Part shown: piece by piece, positions 44,120 through 55,737 of the stretch | How the letters are laid out: every line of letters starts with the position of its first letter | Numbering within the stretch: position 1 is the first letter of the stretch | Origin: Epithemia pelagica | Lineage: Eukaryota > Protista > Bacillariophyta | Reading direction: 5' to 3' | DNA length: 64,000 nt | NCBI GenBank assembly: GCA_946965045.2 | Contig: OX337238.1 | Location: forward strand, 1,922,001 to 1,986,000 | Program-made: the position numbers and the translations under genes | The notes under the pieces: model-generated | The model's database searches: none | The model's input: the letters and a program-made list of their open reading frames with translations, nothing else | Told to the model about the DNA's origin: nothing

Positions 44120-45220
44120 AAAAATGCCAATACTTCAGGAGCGTGAATTGTGGTTCTTGACCGAGAAAAGTAGTGTGTCTTGGGCAACCGCTGCGCGCAT
44201 CATTGTGTTGTGGTGTTCTCGTCGTGTGTCGGTAGTTCCTTCACTGCACGAGAGTGTCAGTGTATCGTTTTATATAATATTGCATCTTTGCTCGCATGCT
44301 CTAGCACAATATTGGTTTCCGTGTCCACACCATTCTCCTTCCAGATTCTCTTGCCATTTAGTATCTTCCTGTGGTTGTACTATTCTAAAAGATGCGTCAA
44401 AGTCAACTCTGTTCCTGTTCCGTGCCTTCCATGGTTCGCTAATGGCGCCAAAGTCGACCATGTTCGAAATATGGAGTTTGTCGTCGATGGACTTGACCAC
44501 AGTCTTGGAAACATCGCTGGGTGCCTTGTTTCCATCCACCGTGACCGTGATATCTATTCTTGGTCATCCAACTGTATGAAGATATTTCCTACACTACGAC
44601 ACTTGGCTTTTCTCCAACCCGAGTTTTTCCCACAGCCATAACCAAAGCTGCGCACTCCGCAATCTTTCATTCGTATTGGGAGAGGGTTGACCATCTTGGC
44701 CAAGGTGGTACGGTAGATTCGGCAACTCAGTATTGGTACTGGGAGTACGTCGTATCCTTGTTGGTGTGAGTAGTCTATGTTACGCAATCTACTACTTTTC
44801 AAACGAAAAAGTAACAGTTTGCCTTACATAGAGTACTCATACCAAATAAACAATCTATCCATTCGGTTTCGATGGAAAGACGGATATCGTTGGTTCAAAC
44901 ATTTCATGGAACCAGACTCTGACACGATTATCTTGTGGGCAAGGGAATTCGGCCTTCGATGGTATTGACATGGACAATGCCATTGTTCAAGGTCCAAGTA
45001 CTATACGTTTCGTTGCAGCTTTTCTTCCAGAAACTCTCGAAAAGCTTCCAGTCCAGCAAGGGAGTACCCAGCTGCCCCTGCGGTTGGGTTCACATACCAT
45101 TTTTCTCTATATACTCAACACGTACTAGCATTCCCGCTCGCAAGACCCGAGAAGTCCATGTGGATCGGACTCGCTGAGAAACGTCACAACATCCTGTAGG
45201 ATCTGATATCAGAGCAACTA

Positions 45221-46495
45221 TTACTGGACTTGTCTTGCATCAAATGTTCTTTCGAAGAAATTATCAAGAGCCCTCTTGGTTGCTTCTTGATCATCCTGAT
45301 ACAAGAGCTCGCGTTCGTCAATATGCGATTCGACATGCTGGATATACCACTCATCGAATCGAGGATTCGCCTTCATTGATGTACTCTTCCGGAAAGTGAA
45401 GATCTTTAAGGCGTTGCACCATTCGCGACGAGAAACGCTCGCCCTTTTTATGTATACTATCAAAATCAACAATTTTGATGGAGTAACGTCGGTCCGGTTC
45501 CTGGCGCCCCATGATATTCGATAAGTACAAGTCCATATGAACCAGATTCAGCTCGTGCAATTTATGTTCAGGGTCTTTCATCGCCACCAACAGCTTCTGT
45601 CTCTCGTAGGCATCATGTGGTAAACCAATTTTATAATTCAGTCGGTGTAGATTTTCGAAGACAATGGCGTCTCCGAATTCCTATCACCCAGCCTGTATGC
45701 TAATGGACAACAAGCGAAACTCTGGGAGCGAAGGATGCTCGTCATCTCAAAGAAGCGAACAATCGATTTGTCCCGATGATCTCCATCAACCACTTCAAAG
45801 AAATTGCTAACCGGTTTCAAATGATATCGGTCAAGCCGATTTCCATTTCAATCTGTTGAAATGTAGGGGAGTCATTGCACTTACTTTCATCCTCAGAATT
45901 GAGATCGACCATTTTACACAATCCTGAAGCGGCCAGAAGAAGGCCTTCCTCATTGAACAGATCAAAAACAGAAGTGACAAATTTGACAACAGGAAATGTA
46001 GAGTCGGGAAGGAATGACACAGCTAGGACTTGACCAAGGCGACCTAGGTGTAGGAGCAAAAAAGAGTCAGTGTGCATACAGGACAAGATCCACGGAACTC
46101 TAAACCACCATTGTCTCACCGTTGGTAGAGAATATGGGAACCACGACATTATTTCTTGCAATTCCACGGCGAATCAACCCAATAGCAACGTTTGTTGCAC
46201 TACCGACCGCTTCTAGGTTGCCTTCCTTCGGTGACGTGCAATCATTCTGTACGTCAAAAACGGAAGTTACACATGGCACAGACTTACTATTAACCTTCGA
46301 ATGCAAATAGCCATCCATTGTTGATCCCTCGCTTGCTACCCCTGTACTAATTTGAAGCATCGCATTAGTACGGAATGTCCCGGAAAGCCCGTTTGCTTCT
46401 CTTCTTTTCCCCCCGGACAATTTTGTACTCCACAATGATAAAAATTCCAATAGAAGGCTTTCTTCTCCGAAGAAGGAACATATACTTTGTAGCAT
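45221..46495 (-). pseudogene. Decayed Crinkler-like nuclease/kinase gene
   Basis: Colinear fragments in shifting frames: VGSATNVA...VVVPIFSTNG, SFLPDSTFPV...FDL, LVHMDLYLSNIM...IKIVDFDS. Confidence 0.65.
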
Positions 46496-47249
46496 TTTTA
46501 TACTTTTGGGTTACATCAATATCCTCTCCTCGGTATGATACAATGATGGGTGGCCTGTTGTATCCATCCGAGAGAACCTTCTTTTTCTGCGTGGCCTTCG
46601 AAGTGCCATCCATATCAAGCTCTTCCACCTTTGATGAGTCATCATCATCATTGTAATCAGACATTGTGGAAGGCAGTGTGGAGCAAATGAATGACACAGG
46701 GTCAGCAATGACCAGTGCGGAGCAAATGAATGACATGCAACAGGCAGAACAGTCACAGAGAACGGCGACCACAATGTAGCGCTCTTTTCTCGCAACAGAA
46801 AATCTCTGCTGGAGTTTCTCCAGCGCTGGAGCTCCATCGCTAGAGCTGCGCGTCCGCTCACCCCTGGAGCCACCTCTACGAAAAAGCCTCTCTGTTGACA
46901 TGCATGAGGTAAATGGGCGGCGACGTGCAATGCCATCGAGGAACTCCTCTTGAACATTAGGCTGATCCTTTGTTTCGCTCATCTTGCACGAATTCATCGG
47001 TCCGGAAATGCGAAGGCTCCGTAGAATTTTGATCATATCGCTCACTTTTTTATCTGATGAATTAAGCGGTTGACCGTCCCAAAATGTGCTGACCACGTGT
47101 GGAAAAAGGCGGACACCTGTGTACAGGGAGGTACCCATGCCTTTCGGGGGATTCTTGTTGCTTGCCGCCATGCCAGATGCCGAATTTTGACAAGCGGATG
47201 TCTTGAGCCGTTTCGATTGCTGTTGCCGCTGGTCAAATGATGTGCGCAA
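46365..47249 (-). CDS. Hypothetical ORF (294 aa)
   Basis: ORF length only; no motif recognised. It could be the 5' part of the adjacent pseudogene. Confidence 0.3.
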   Translation of the reverse strand: MRTSFDQRQQQSKRLKTSACQNSASGMAASNKNPPKGMGTSLYTGVRLFPHVVSTFWDGQPLNSSDKKVSDMIKILRSLRISGPMNSCKMSETKDQPNVQEEFLDGIARRRPFTSCMSTERLFRRGGSRGERTRSSSDGAPALEKLQQRFSVARKERYIVVAVLCDCSACCMSFICSALVIADPVSFICSTLPSTMSDYNDDDDSSKVEELDMDGTSKATQKKKVLSDGYNRPPIIVSYRGEDIDVTQKYKNATKYMFLLRRRKPSIGIFIIVEYKIVRGEKKRSKRAFRDIPY

Positions 47250-47452
47250 GATATACTGTAGTCGTAGAGTATGGGACTTGATGTTTTTGTATGTAACGAA
47301 TCATTTAAATCATTTCTTCTTCGTTCGATTTCGGGTGCCACAATGGACGAATAGAAGTAATCAGCCATATCTCCACGGTCGTCTTCCTCCGTCAGTACAT
47401 TGTGAAAACATGTTGAATTTTGTTTTCCCATAGTGCCGCATCGATTTTTAAA

Positions 47453-48657
47453 TCAAATTTCGTCATGACCCAGCATATGAGGGACAATGTGCTTCGCGGT
47501 AAATGCACGAACAATTTCGTGCTGTTCATTTATGTCCACCATATCCAGGAGGTCGAGCTCGTTGGCGACATCTCTGTAAAAAGGAGGTGCAAACAGACTC
47601 AATACATTCGCCATGCTCAGAGAAGCAGCCCCCCCCCCCCTCCCCCCAGCGGAAGCGGAGCCATGATAGTGTTGATGTACCGTTCCACCGCCTCCCACTG
47701 AAGAGGAGCTCAGACCGCTTCCGGATGATTGACCCCTGTCTTGTCCAGTTGAAGGTAGATACTTTGAATCCTGGTCAGGCGGGCCACCGTCATCGTGATT
47801 AAATTTCACTCGCTTGCTTCCGTCCACGCTTTCGTTCGCATGGAACGAATCGAGAACTGCTCTAAATGAAAGTCGATCGGTAAAAGTCGTAGGAAGTGCG
47901 TTTGGTGCTTGGGCGGAACCACTGAACATGCTCTCCAACAAATGCTTTGCATCCGCTCCAGCTGTTTGACGAGACAGTTCGAGCTTGAAGACACAAATCT
48001 TTCGTTTCACATCATCGGTCGCTGCAGCAAACCAAAAAAACTGCCAGAATAGGTTCAAATCAGTCAAAACCGAAACAACTGGAAAATCAATATTGAGGTA
48101 AACCGCGGCAAAATGTTCACACACCACTTGTGGAGTGTGATTCTTCTCTTCAAGGCTCCTGGGTTTCTTCAATTCCAACAGAGCTAGAATATTGCCCCGC
48201 ACCGTGTCGGTTTGCGAATCTGCCGTCGTGGTGATTGCAACATCCGTACTTCCACTCATCTTTCGACTTATTTCTTCACTCTTATCCATCAACTCTACCG
48301 TCAACAGTTGCTTTTCTGGCTGCACATCTACCAATGTGAATTCGGATGGGATCTGTAGCATCTGTCGAAGGTGAGTCATGTAACCTTTTCGACTGTCGTC
48401 GGAGTCTTCTTCTGAGGGGTCCCACTCATACCCTTGGACAGTTGCCAAGTTTTTCGGCTTGTTGTCCCCCACACAGAGCCCTTCACTTTCATCCCCAGCG
48501 AACCCAACAACTCATTCATCCCTGTAGCTGTGGCTCGTGAAAGAACAATCGTATGCTTTCGCTTCGCCTGCTCAATCCCCAATTCAATGAGACCCTGTAT
48601 GGCTTCTTGAAAAGGGTCTTGCGGCAGCAGCAGCTGCGACGGCTGAATGGCAGCCAT
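47453..48657 (-). pseudogene. Crinkler-like PD-(D/E)xK restriction-endonuclease-fold protein, frameshift near 48473
   Basis: STDV...LALLELKK...PQVVCE...VVSVLTDL..FWQFFW. The upstream frame MAAIQ...AKRKHTIVLS joins via a GTGTGGGGG slip. Confidence 0.65.
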
Positions 48658-48881
48658 CAACGTGGCGCCATCGTCGCATTGTTGATTAGAAAAAATTGAC
48701 AATCGCAATCAACGAAATTATTTTCAATTGACGACAAACAATGCCATCGTCGGATCGGTGATAAAACGAGGCAAGATGGATACGACGGATATGAATATTC
48801 GCACTTCGATACGTCGTAACAACCCTTGTTCACAATTCGTAGACAAATTGAGAACTCGACAGTACAATCATCGTCCATTGA

Positions 48882-50852
48882 TCAAAAGACTAGAAGCCTT
48901 TTCAGCTTTGCGTAGTCCAGTGTGCTGGCGGCTTCAAACACACCACTGAAGTACTCTATACGAAGCTGGCGTTCCTCTGACCACACTTGCAAAGCTGTTC
49001 CAAAATCCCCTGGCTCAATAGCAGATATTTTCCTCAAGATGCGTCGTTCGCCGGAGTTGACTGCCACAACCGTTTTCACAAACGCTTCAAGATCGTCCTT
49101 GGGCGTATAGTGATGTTTCATGCCTAAGTGTGCAGCGTTCACAACAGCCTCACTTCCGTACCGAAATGTCCCCTCAAACGGCGGTGGAGGGTCCATTCGA
49201 GTATCTAATGATAGGGCAAATCCCCAGTCAATGAGATACAAGTTGCCGGTTGCATCTTCCAGTATGTTTTCAGGACGGATATCCCGATGGACTACCCCGG
49301 CCGCGTGAACATTTTTCAAGCAATCCAACATTGCAGCAACCTTGTCAACTGAAAATGTTCCAACGAATGGTCGTAAAAGTTTATCAAAAAATAGGACAAA
49401 GTCTGCAACTTTGGTGCACTTGAGTAGCCCGTTCATTCCCGATTCGCTCAAGTGATCCATAATACTCTTCTCGTGGTCAACAAGGTGGTGAAACGTAGGC
49501 TTCATGACCTTGATTACTCCATCAACTCCTCCTCCTTGTCCATTTTCTAGTCGAGCTGCAAATACTGTGGAAGTAGCTCCTTCTCCGACGCAGTACAAAA
49601 CTTCTAGATTGTGGCCACCGTCGACAGGCTGGTCAATCTTTGGAAAGACGCGCCCCAGTTCAAAAGAAGACTTGGATAACATTGTGAGAAGCTGACGCTG
49701 TCCATCTTCACCAGGAAGCAAAGAAGCGGGCTTGGATATCTTGGTAACGAATTGTTCGTCGATCTCCATTGTTTTGGCCCACCGTATGGTCTTATCGTCG
49801 AGCGCACAATGGAAGAGGGCAGTATAAACACACGTACGTCCTCTTTGAATGCAGAGAATTCGCTCGCCGTAGTCTACAATCTCCATCTGATCAGAGTTCA
49901 CAAACTTCTTTTTCTGCTCGAATGCTATTGCCACGTCATATTTTGACTGAGGCGGTTTCGCCTTGCCTTTAGCGGAAGCAACTAGTTCACCGTTTGGAAT
50001 AGAGTCAGTCGTACAAAAATCGGGCTCGACCCCAGCTGAAACTCCGTCATCAAGTTTGAGCCAATGGCCATCTTTTGACCAGAAAAGCTGCTGGTGAATA
50101 GTTCGCCCCGCTTTCACCGCAGATTCCACGAGCTTCTTCATCTCCCCAAGGAAATAGGGATGATGTGTCTTGTTTTCATCCTTTGATGGATCTGGACCAT
50201 CGCTCTGAAATGCATCTGTACTTTTTAATGGATCAGCGAGATCAAAGAAAAAATCATGCTCAAAGCTAATGCGGTCTTGAAAGATCATGGAAGAGAAGGC
50301 GTGGCTCTTGGACACATAGGAAAGCGTGCGGGTCGGACGTCCCTTGTTTTCGATGATGCGGTGTTTGATGACCAGCGATTCAAGCGTCTCCTCAGCATGG
50401 CGCTTCACTGACGAGTGTCGCTGACCATTCATATATGAATAGAGAGTAGGGAAAAGATAGAGGTACATTAAAAAACATGATGTGAGGGCTTCAATTTGTT
50501 CACTCATTTATGCTGTCATGTGCAATTGATTCTTGTTGCTGCGGTAGTGCAGCTCAATACCAGCCTGCCCAGATTAAGGCAAAATGACTACAAAATCTCG
50601 AAATCAAATACAGATACACAAATTCAAACTCACCTCGTTTTTATTTTGCAATGGACCTTGTTCTCGAAGATGTCGAATATATGCTTGGAGTCTTTTTTGT
50701 TCCAACCTACCTTGGACATCCAAGGTCTCATGAGCGAGGTTCATGTCTTCAGGCTTGTCAGGGTTGAACTCTCGTAGAGGTACCCCCCTGCCTTCATCGC
50801 ACGCTGCAGCAACTGCTTCCCATTTTGTCTCCTCTTCAGTTGGTGTTTGCAT
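48882..50852 (-). CDS. Crinkler-like header + PD-(D/E)xK nuclease + protein kinase (exons 50852-50634, 50420-48882)
   Basis: VEPDF...AFEQKK nuclease motif. Kinase motifs VGEGATSTV, VIKV, HE, HRDIRPEN, DWG, GTFRY and DDLE are intact. Phase-0 GTGAGT intron; the acceptor is inferred from the paralogue. Confidence 0.8.
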
Positions 50853-51006
50853 CTCTGCAGTGGATTTAGTGTCAGGAAGAAAAAACAAGGTACAATCTGC
50901 GATGAAGGTTGAAAAAAGACTTGGAGGAGGCTACGGCTACGGCGGTGGTGTTATGCAGTGTGGGGAATCACTGCCATACCCATGTAAAATAGCACGGTAT
51001 AAAAAT

Positions 51007-52978
51007 TGTGATCTTTAGGAATTACGAGGAATTAGGGGGAATGAGGAATCCACAGTGCCACGTGCGACGAGAAATGACTGGAGGAGGAACAGCCAGATGG
51101 CGGAAGATTCATGTCGCAGTGTCAAGAACGCGAACCGGGAATGGAACGTGGCGACACGTATGGCGGGATCCATATAGGGGTACCGCACTCTACCTCTCCC
51201 TGGTCGGACCTAGGGAGTTCGAGCGGGACAAGAATGGGAAAGCTTGGAGACCAGCATTAAAACCCATTTATTTACGAAATGGAACAAGGCGACGAATGTT
51301 GATTCGTTCAGTGACGTGGGGACCACGTTGGATAGTCACAGTGCCATTGGAATGGACTTGTGTAATCCGAAAGGGATTGGGACTTGTGCGGAGCTCAAGC
51401 TTGTCCGGATTCGTGGCGCGAAGGAGCACACGATCATTGACAGCGTAGTCATGAAAGACACGAGAACGATTTGCGAGACGAGCGCGTTCATCGACAATCT
51501 GTTGTCGTTTCAGACGGACTGTTTCCATGTCCGCAATAATAGGTATGTCGAGCAGCATGTCGCGATGGAACGCAAGGCTGCCGGGAGAATATTTCAAGGC
51601 GCCGTGAATGGCAGTGCGAGTGGAATACGCAGCGGTCTGCAGAGCAGTATGCACGGCAAGTGCAGCATTGTGCGCATCTTGTGGTGGTTCATAGTTGGTG
51701 ATCACACGAAGAGTGTTGCCAACAGTCAAATGTAATCGCTCGCAAAGAGCATTTGATTGAGGATTCTTGGCCGTCAACGGCACTGGCTTAATGCCATGGT
51801 TTCGAAGCACTTGCGTGAACGCATGTCCGATAAATTCACCGCCTTGATCAAAAAGGCAACGAACGGGACGTGGATAGCGTGAGAGCCACGCGTTTTCCAA
51901 TTGAAGACCCACGTGACGTGCCGTCTTGTCATGGATGCGAATGAGTTCGCAGAAGTTAGTGACATTATCGATAATAGTCAAGGCTTGAAATGTTAATTTC
52001 TGCCCATGAACGGTAACGTTCCACGGTCCAATGAGGTCGACAGAGATGTCAGCCCATGGATTGCCTCGGACCTCGCGAGGAGGGAGTTCACCGTAATGGC
52101 GATGTATGACTTTAGAGCGTTGGCATGTAGCACAACTAGCCACGGCTTGTTCACAATACAAACCCAAATTAGGATGACTCATGTGCATAGAGATCGTCTC
52201 ACGAAGACGTGTAGACCCCAAGTGATTGAGGGACAGGTGATACCAATTGACGGTATGGGCCAAGAGGCTGTCTGGGATACAAATACGCCATGCGGCATTA
52301 GGATTCTGACGATAACAAATCAAGTTGTATTGTGGGTTTTCCGTAGGAAAGGGTTGGAGATGGAATCTCTGTGGTTGTTCGGTCAACTTGGCCACAAGAG
52401 CGGCATTGTTCTGTTGGTGTTGATGGATCGTCGCGTAATCGACGGGCAATGGTTGATTTGCGTTGATGGGAGGATGATTGAGGTAGACATCGATCAAATC
52501 CTCATCCATGAAGATGGGAGATTCGAAAGCGTCGGGATCACGCGAGTGATGAGAGCGGGGGTCATCATTAGGGCCATGAGGCACTTGCAACACTGAGTGT
52601 TGTCCACTATGATCATAGAGCGATCGTGGATGTGGCGAGGCATCCGTAGAGGAGGTCGACGACGGAGAGACACTCTTCTCCTCCTCTTCAGAGAGAGGGA
52701 GACGCGACAAGGCGTCGGCGATGACATTGTCCTGGCCAGGGACGTAGTGAAAGATAGGGTTATACTCCTCGAGGAACAACCGCCAACGGAGGACCCGTTG
52801 CGAGTTGAGAGTAGCGTAGGTAAGATTTTTATGGTCCGTATGGACGTGCAGTTCGGCACAGCCGAGAAGCATGGAGCGGAACTCCTTAAGGGTTTCCACA
52901 ATGGAGAGTAACTCCTTTTCCATAGTAGTGTAGTTGCGTTGAGCAGGGTTTAACTTGCGAGAGTAATAAGCGACGGCT
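51007..52978 (-). mobile_element. 5'-truncated Ty3/Gypsy retrotransposon (RNase H end, integrase, PPT, 3' LTR 51187-51007)
   Basis: YYSRKL...EKELL...TDHKNL...NVIADALSR; HHCC zinc finger; VDLIGP, DQGGEF, NALCER; PPT AGGGAGAGGTAGAG followed by TGCGG...CACA. Confidence 0.9.
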
Positions 52979-54033
52979 CACGAAACGAATGTGGCGGCAG
53001 GTCCACCTTGAAAGGACGAAATCGAGGACAAGTCTACCTCCCTTCCATCATAGACGCGTACAGAACTAGAAAACAGGAGACACCAAACGATTCCAGTCTC
53101 TCCTCTACAGCAGTACTACCCGACGATTCCGTAACTATGGATGATAAAAAGCATTGCCCAAATCCAACGGATTCCACAAGCACTTACACCGCCGCGGCAC
53201 TGCAACTACCTAGTAAAATCGATTGACAACCCACATTTCGACACACGGGCATTCCAGTCATTAATGATGTAAAGGATGATTATGATAAAGACGGCAAACG
53301 ACGGTTGCATCACTTGCAACATGTGTAACTCTATGGATGGCATCAAGTATCGCAATTGCAATCCTTGGTGCAAGCACCGGATTCTATTCTCTTGGGAAAC
53401 TTTGCTCCTTTTCCTCCCTCAGATACGCTCACGAAAGCGACTCTGTCGTCCTCACAACCAACCTCCTAAACGATAGAATATTCATTCAGACACGGGAGAA
53501 TCGTTGGAAGGTACCCACAAGCAAGAATGGGACCAATGTCTCCAATCTTACTGTATTCTCCATTCAACGTGTTAAAGTCGGATGCCATATATTGACTGTA
53601 ATCAATGAATCAAGACGAGTGGAAACAATTTGCACCAGCAGGGACGCCCGGCAAAATTGAAAAGGTGCGATGCCACGCTCCAGACAGGCAAATGACATTT
53701 CATGTCCTGCCCCATTAGTCAGTTTGGTGCCATGTACGTGATACGACCTATTATGTCATAAAGGTCGTCAAAAGCTGATGCAAATCGATTTTCCCATTGA
53801 TCCTCAACCATGCATAAAACAGACAATTCAAATCGTCTACCCGACTGCCAACGCAATATAATAAATGCACTCTCACAAGATTAAACGCATAGGGGACTTG
53901 ACCTGTATGACTCTACAACAGAAGTCTCTGAGGTAAGCCTACTATAATTTATGCGCTATTGAGCAAAATGAGATATCCGTAATAACTGAAGAGAACTTTC
54001 ATTTTACGATAAGCCTCCTCTCGTTCCTCTTGT

Positions 54034-55481
54034 CTATGATATCTCGGCTAATCTTCTCTTCACTGAAATTCCTTTGCTGCAATTTGATTGCGGTAACGAA
54101 GCTTCCGAGGAAATTCGAGACACAGTCTTTTCTTTGTAAATCATCTGGTTCTTCGTCAAAGACTCGGTATTTGCAGTGATATTGTCGGCATCTGCATCCA
54201 CCAGATTCAATAAGATTTGACGTGCATCGGAAACTGACATGCGATCGATGGAATCAGCCCTTGTCAAGCCATCCACTGTCGTTTTGATCACAAGAGATGT
54301 GGAATCTAGAGTACGCCCACGTTTGAGAACTTGTTCGAAAAAGTAACCAATCGTCTTACCCACAGAATATGCATCAGAAGCAATGGCTGGTACCTCTCCC
54401 CGTTCGACCTCTGGTGCTTCGTATCCCCTTGTCCCTGGAACATTCTTGCATCGGCAAGCAATTGGGCACGACCAGAATCAATTAGCTTCACAACTCCTTT
54501 ACTCCAACGCACATTGTTGGGCTTCAAATCACAGTGCAATATGGCCGCTTTTGAGTGAAGTCTTTTCACAGTGGAGAGAAGCGCAACCGAAAAGGAAATG
54601 ACATCGTCGTCAATAGTGTCAATTTCATCAAAATCAACAAACTCCATTGCAGCGACAAGATACTCATGCCCAGCTTGTTGAGGTTGTGATTTGATCAGTT
54701 CCTTCGAGACTGGCGAGGCAACTGGGACATTGTAACTGAGCGCCCTCCATTGCAACATCCATTCTTTCTCGACCAAATCAGGACAGGAAACATCAATAAT
54801 CTGCTCACGATCATATTCCCCTTTGAAGTAAAAGGGCGATTTACTCTGATATTCAACCACACCGTCATCGCCAAAAATCAAGAACCTTGTGAACGGGTAA
54901 ACTACATTTTTAAACCTCCCGCGGCAACTTGCCGCCTCGCAAGCTTCCCTTTCCATCCCTTTGTCGGTACCCTGAGTTGCATTGCTTGTCTCTGTTTCTG
55001 ATGACGGTCTGCTCCTTTTCGTTGGCCCTGCAGATTTGTGGCTCCCCCTTGTTGTTGAGAAAATGTTACTTCCATCTTCAATGGTTCTCCTCTTTTGGTA
55101 CGCTTCTAGATCGCAGTTTTGCATGATTCCAAGGAATTCGTCCAATAAAACAGCTAAAGCTACGAAGCTGCGCAAACGCGCATCCGATGGTGATGAAAGG
55201 CAATTCAAACGATCACTTTGGTAGATATCTTCGTGTAGATTCACCAAGGAGACAAAAGGGACACCATTCTCGTTCAGTCTTGTCACATGGAGCGACAAAA
55301 ATCCCCCCTCTACAACAATGAAGGGAATTGCAAGAGATCTGATCTCCGCCTGGTCGGACACTGAGGATAAAGCAAGAGCAGTAGCAGATGTTGCTAGGAC
55401 GCACTTGTCGTAGTCCTTATGGTTTGAGCTTGAATCATTTCTGGATGGTTTGATTTCTATCATCCCAAATTTATAGGACAA
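54034..55481 (-). pseudogene. Crinkler-like nuclease/kinase gene, 5'-truncated, frameshift near 54445
   Basis: MIEIKP...YDKCV; HCDLKPNN, LIDSG; the next frame has GTRGYEAPE...SDAYSVG. Confidence 0.75.
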
Positions 55482-55737
55482 ACTTTGGGATATCGGAAAA
55501 AATTACCGGACAGAAGTCCTAGAAATCTTGATGATCAGTACCTAACCTAGCGCCACAGCACAGGGACACGTGTGTGCAGGCAAACTTGTCACAGCAACCG
55601 GTGGTATTGCTATGCTGTTAGCGCACAGCGCAACTGACCAACTGAGTTCCAATCGAGAGAGCTCACAAAGGCAAGCGCTCGGACATCGCGATGGGAGTGC
55701 GGCTATAGGAATGGCTCGTTGTCGAGATTTTTTCTAA

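Noticed and set aside
44200-45200. Fragmentary minus-strand ORFs, one faintly like a nucleoside-kinase tail
   Set aside because: Many stops, no P-loop, and similarity too weak to call.
46674-46735. 23-bp two-copy repeat with a 39-bp period
   Set aside because: Simple local duplication; too few units for an array, and no CRISPR-like structure is present anywhere in the window.
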